Notes under the pieces: model-generated
What the model was told of the DNA's origin: nothing
The model's database searches: none
The model's input: the letters and a program-made list of their open reading frames with translations, nothing else
From: an uncultured Fuscovulum sp.
Lineage (GTDB): Bacteria > Pseudomonadota > Alphaproteobacteria > Rhodobacterales > Rhodobacteraceae
Length of the DNA: 64,000 nt
NCBI GenBank assembly: GCA_964386345.1
Contig: CAYLSD010000019.1
Coordinates: 9,802-73,801, forward strand
Reading direction: 5' to 3'
Program-made: the position numbers and the translations under genes
Part shown: positions 61,273 through 64,000 of the stretch, piece by piece
Numbering within the stretch: position 1 is the stretch's first letter
Layout of the letters: each line of letters opens with the position of its first letter

Positions 61273-62949
61273 ATGGTCGATCCGGTGACTTTGGCGGTGA
61301 TCCAGGCGGGGTTGCAGCAGGTCTGCGACGAGATGGACCTGACGTTTTCGCGCGCGGCCTTCTCGCCGGTGATCGCCGAGGCCGACGACCGTTCGGACGG
61401 CATCTATTCGGCTGAGGACGGCTCCTTGATCGCGCAGGGATCGAAGGGCCTGCCGGTCTTCGTCGGCGTGATGCAGTTCTCCACCCGCACGCTGGTGGAG
61501 CGGATCGCGGCGGGCGTCACCGCGGCGCCTGAGCCGGGGGATATCTACATCGTCAACGATCCTTACCTCGGCGGCACCCATCTGATGGATGTGCGCTTCG
61601 CCATGCCGTTCTGGCGGGACGGGCGGATCTGGTGCTGGCTGTCGAACACCGGGCATTGGCCGGACACCGGCGGCATGGTGCCGGGCGGGTTTTCCGCCAG
61701 CGCGATCAGCGCCGAGCAGGAGGGGCTGCGGCTGCCGCCGGTGAAGCTGTTCAAGAAGGGGGTGCTGGACGAGGAGATCTGGGCGATCATCCGGTCCAAC
61801 ATCCGGGTTTCCGAACAGCGGATCGGCGATGTGAAGGCGCAGGCCTCGGCGCTGATGGTGGGGGCAGAGCGGCTGGCGGCGCTGATGGACCGCTACGGCG
61901 ATGCCACGGTGGCGGAGGCGGTGGCGCGGATGCGCGATCTGGCCGCGCGGCAGATGCGGGCGATGATCGGGCTGATCCCGGAGGGGCGCTACGAGGCGCG
62001 GGCCTTCATCGATTCCGATGGCGTGGTGAACGAGCCGCTGACCATCGCGCTGGCGGTGACGCGGGCGGGCGAGGGGCTGGTCTTCGATTTCGCCGGTTCC
62101 TCGCCGCCCTGCACGGGGCCGATGAACTCGGTCCGGGCGACGACGCTGTCCTCGGTCTATCTGGCGATGCGCCATATCTTCCCCGATGTGCCGATCAGCG
62201 CGGGCGCCTTCGAGCCGCTGGAGGTGACGGGGATCGAGGGCACCTTCCTGGACGCCCGCTACCCCCGCCCGGTCTCGGGCTGCGCGGCCGAGGTCAGCCA
62301 GCGCATCGCGGAAGCCGTCTTCGCGGCGCTGGTGCAGGCGATCCCCGACCGGGTGACGGCGGCGCCCGCCGGGACCAGCGGCAACTTCGGGCTGGGGGGC
62401 ACGGACCCGGAGACCGGGGCGGGCTATGTGATGTATCAGATCTCTGGCGGCGGCTATGGCGGGTTCCGGGGCGGCGACGGCATCGCCAACGGCTGTTCCA
62501 CCATCGGCATCTCCAAGGCGCCGCCGGTCGAGATCATGGAGCAGAAATTCCCCGTCCTCTACCGCCGCTATGCGCTGCACGAGGGCAGCGGCGGGGCCGG
62601 GGAATGGCGCGGCGGCTTCGGGCTGGACTACGAGATCGAACTGCTGCGGGGCGCGGCGCGGGCCTCTTTCGTGATGGACCACGGGCGGACCGGGCCGCAG
62701 GGCGCGCTTGGCGGCGGCGAGGGGGCGGTGAACCGGGTGGAGATCACCCGCGGCGGGCAGGTGATGGTGCCCGAACACCTGTCGAAGGCGCAGGACATCG
62801 CGCTGGCGCCGGGCGACCGGGTGCGGGTGCGCACGCCCGGCGGCGGCGGCTACGGCGATCCGGCGCGGCGCGATCCGGCGGCGGTGGCCGAGGATGTGCG
62901 GCTGGGGCGCTATACGGCGGAAGAGGCGGCGCGGCTGTGGCCGGGATGA
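61273..62949 (+). CDS. Hydantoinase B / oxoprolinase family subunit
   Basis: AFSPVIAEADDRSDG, NDPYLGGTHLMD, GHWPDTGG, PVEIME, TPGGGGYG. Confidence 0.93.
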   Translation: MVDPVTLAVIQAGLQQVCDEMDLTFSRAAFSPVIAEADDRSDGIYSAEDGSLIAQGSKGLPVFVGVMQFSTRTLVERIAAGVTAAPEPGDIYIVNDPYLGGTHLMDVRFAMPFWRDGRIWCWLSNTGHWPDTGGMVPGGFSASAISAEQEGLRLPPVKLFKKGVLDEEIWAIIRSNIRVSEQRIGDVKAQASALMVGAERLAALMDRYGDATVAEAVARMRDLAARQMRAMIGLIPEGRYEARAFIDSDGVVNEPLTIALAVTRAGEGLVFDFAGSSPPCTGPMNSVRATTLSSVYLAMRHIFPDVPISAGAFEPLEVTGIEGTFLDARYPRPVSGCAAEVSQRIAEAVFAALVQAIPDRVTAAPAGTSGNFGLGGTDPETGAGYVMYQISGGGYGGFRGGDGIANGCSTIGISKAPPVEIMEQKFPVLYRRYALHEGSGGAGEWRGGFGLDYEIELLRGAARASFVMDHGRTGPQGALGGGEGAVNRVEITRGGQVMVPEHLSKAQDIALAPGDRVRVRTPGGGGYGDPARRDPAAVAEDVRLGRYTAEEAARLWPG

Positions 62950-62971
62950 CGATCTTCGCGCGAAGCCCGGC

Positions 62972-63364
62972 CTAGCCCTTTGCCGCCCGCAACCGCGGAT
63001 GGATGGCATTGGTCTTCCAGCTGAGCGCGGGATCGTTCTCCACCACATCCAGCGACAGGGCGAAATGCGGCTCGGCCAGAAGGGCGGCGAAATGCGTCTC
63101 CGCCGCCGTCATCACCGCCGCGCCGAGGCGTTTCTTCTCTTCCGCCGTCCGGCCTGCGCCGATCCGCAGCAGCAGGGCGGCGAAGGCGTTTTCCGGCAAG
63201 ATGTCGGCCACGGCGTAATGCGGGCAGGGCAGGGCGCGGACGCGCACCGCGCCTTCCTCGAAGAGGCCGGTCGCCAGCAGCGCCTCGCGCAGCCGCAGGC
63301 AAAGGCCGGGCAGGTCGCCCGCGGTTTCCAGATTGGCCGAATATTCGATGGTCAGATGCGGCAT
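62972..63364 (-). CDS. hpaF: 5-carboxymethyl-2-hydroxymuconate isomerase family (Pro-1 tautomerase)
   Basis: MPHLTIEYSANL, GAVRVRA, IGAGRT.E.K, N.IH.RL. Confidence 0.85.
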   Translation of the reverse strand: MPHLTIEYSANLETAGDLPGLCLRLREALLATGLFEEGAVRVRALPCPHYAVADILPENAFAALLLRIGAGRTAEEKKRLGAAVMTAAETHFAALLAEPHFALSLDVVENDPALSWKTNAIHPRLRAAKG

Positions 63365-63459
63365 TCCGGCCCTCCTGTCGCCGCACAGAAAGCCGGGCCG
63401 CGGCGGAAAGGTCAACCGCCGGCTTGCCAAGCCGGCCCCTGCGGTGCAGGACTGGACCC

Positions 63460-63906
63460 ATGCCGGACCACACCGCCCCCCGTTCCACCCGTATCGCGCT
63501 GCCGATGGCGCTTTTGCGCGCGCGCGAGGCGGTGATGGCGCGGTTCCGTCCGCTTCTCGACGCCCATGGCATCAACGAGCAGCAATGGCGGGTGATCCGG
63601 GTGCTGGCGGAGGCGGGCAGCCTTGACGCCTCGGAACTGGCGGCGCGGGCGAATATCCTTGCGCCCAGCCTGACGCGGATGATCCGGACGCTGGACGAGC
63701 GCGGGCTGATCCGGCGGGGCCGGGACAAGGCGGACGGCAGGCGGGTGATCCTGACCATCACGCCCCGGGGGCAGCGGTTGATCGAGGCGGTGACGCCCGC
63801 CGCCAATGCCGTCTATGCAAGGATCGACGCGGAGTTCGGCCCGGAAAGGGTGGCTGCGCTGGTCGCGCTTCTGGACGAGTTGTCGGGACTGCCGCCGGAG
63901 GGGTAG
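63460..63906 (+). CDS. hpaR: HpaR-type MarR regulator
   Basis: LPMALLRAREAVMARFRPLL..HGINEQQWRVIRVL, ILAPSLTRMIR. Confidence 0.88.
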   Translation: MPDHTAPRSTRIALPMALLRAREAVMARFRPLLDAHGINEQQWRVIRVLAEAGSLDASELAARANILAPSLTRMIRTLDERGLIRRGRDKADGRRVILTITPRGQRLIEAVTPAANAVYARIDAEFGPERVAALVALLDELSGLPPEG

Positions 63907-63922
63907 GGGCTTAGGCTGGGCG

Positions 63923-63941
63923 GGAGAAGGCGAGGCACTGC
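63923..63941. other. Hairpin downstream of hpaR
   Basis: GGCGAGGCA-C-TGCCTCGCC, extendable by GGGCGGG/CCCGCCC arms. Confidence 0.5.
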
Positions 63942-64000
63942 CTCGCCCCCGCCCGCGTGAGCTGGTTCCACTGTAGACAGGTCAGCCAGAGACCACATAG

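Noticed and set aside
63950-64000. Lower-GC tail starting TGAGCTGG...TAGACA, loosely like an IS3-family end
   Set aside because: Only about 50 bp visible, spacing does not fit well, no transposase in the window.

Overview
High-GC (about 70% by eye) alphaproteobacterial chromosome segment, most consistent with Rhodobacteraceae. It opens with the apparently intact tail half of an RcGTA-type gene transfer agent cluster (1-8055). Next come cysE, a three-gene accessory phospholipid cassette, and a core block (pdhCBA, ftsB, class I fba, pgk, two cyclophilins, tyrS, anmK). The middle holds rarD, a desaturase-family gene, rluE, Zur-boxed zinT, eno, B12-dependent nrdJ and a MacAB-like exporter. The last 24 kb are an amine/N-heterocycle catabolic region: a histamine/trimethylamine-dehydrogenase-like flavoprotein, a C-N hydrolase, an StcD-like demethylase, and a MarR-linked operon. 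That operon encodes a molybdenum hydroxylase, a 6-hydroxynicotinate-reductase-like protein, UPF0280, DUF1185, an ABC importer and an ATP-dependent hydantoinase/oxoprolinase pair, followed by hpaF/hpaR. No rRNA, tRNA or CRISPR array was seen. The two most interesting signals: (1) a 17-bp palindromic unit CCGTATGG-N-CCATACGG that recurs in head-to-tail arrays with exact 17-bp period, both between genes and inside coding sequence, confined to two islands; (2) a nicotinate-type pathway with no recognisable enamidase but with a co-transcribed ATP-dependent lactamase. Product calls rest on motif recognition and recalled family sequences, not database searches; counts were made by eye.
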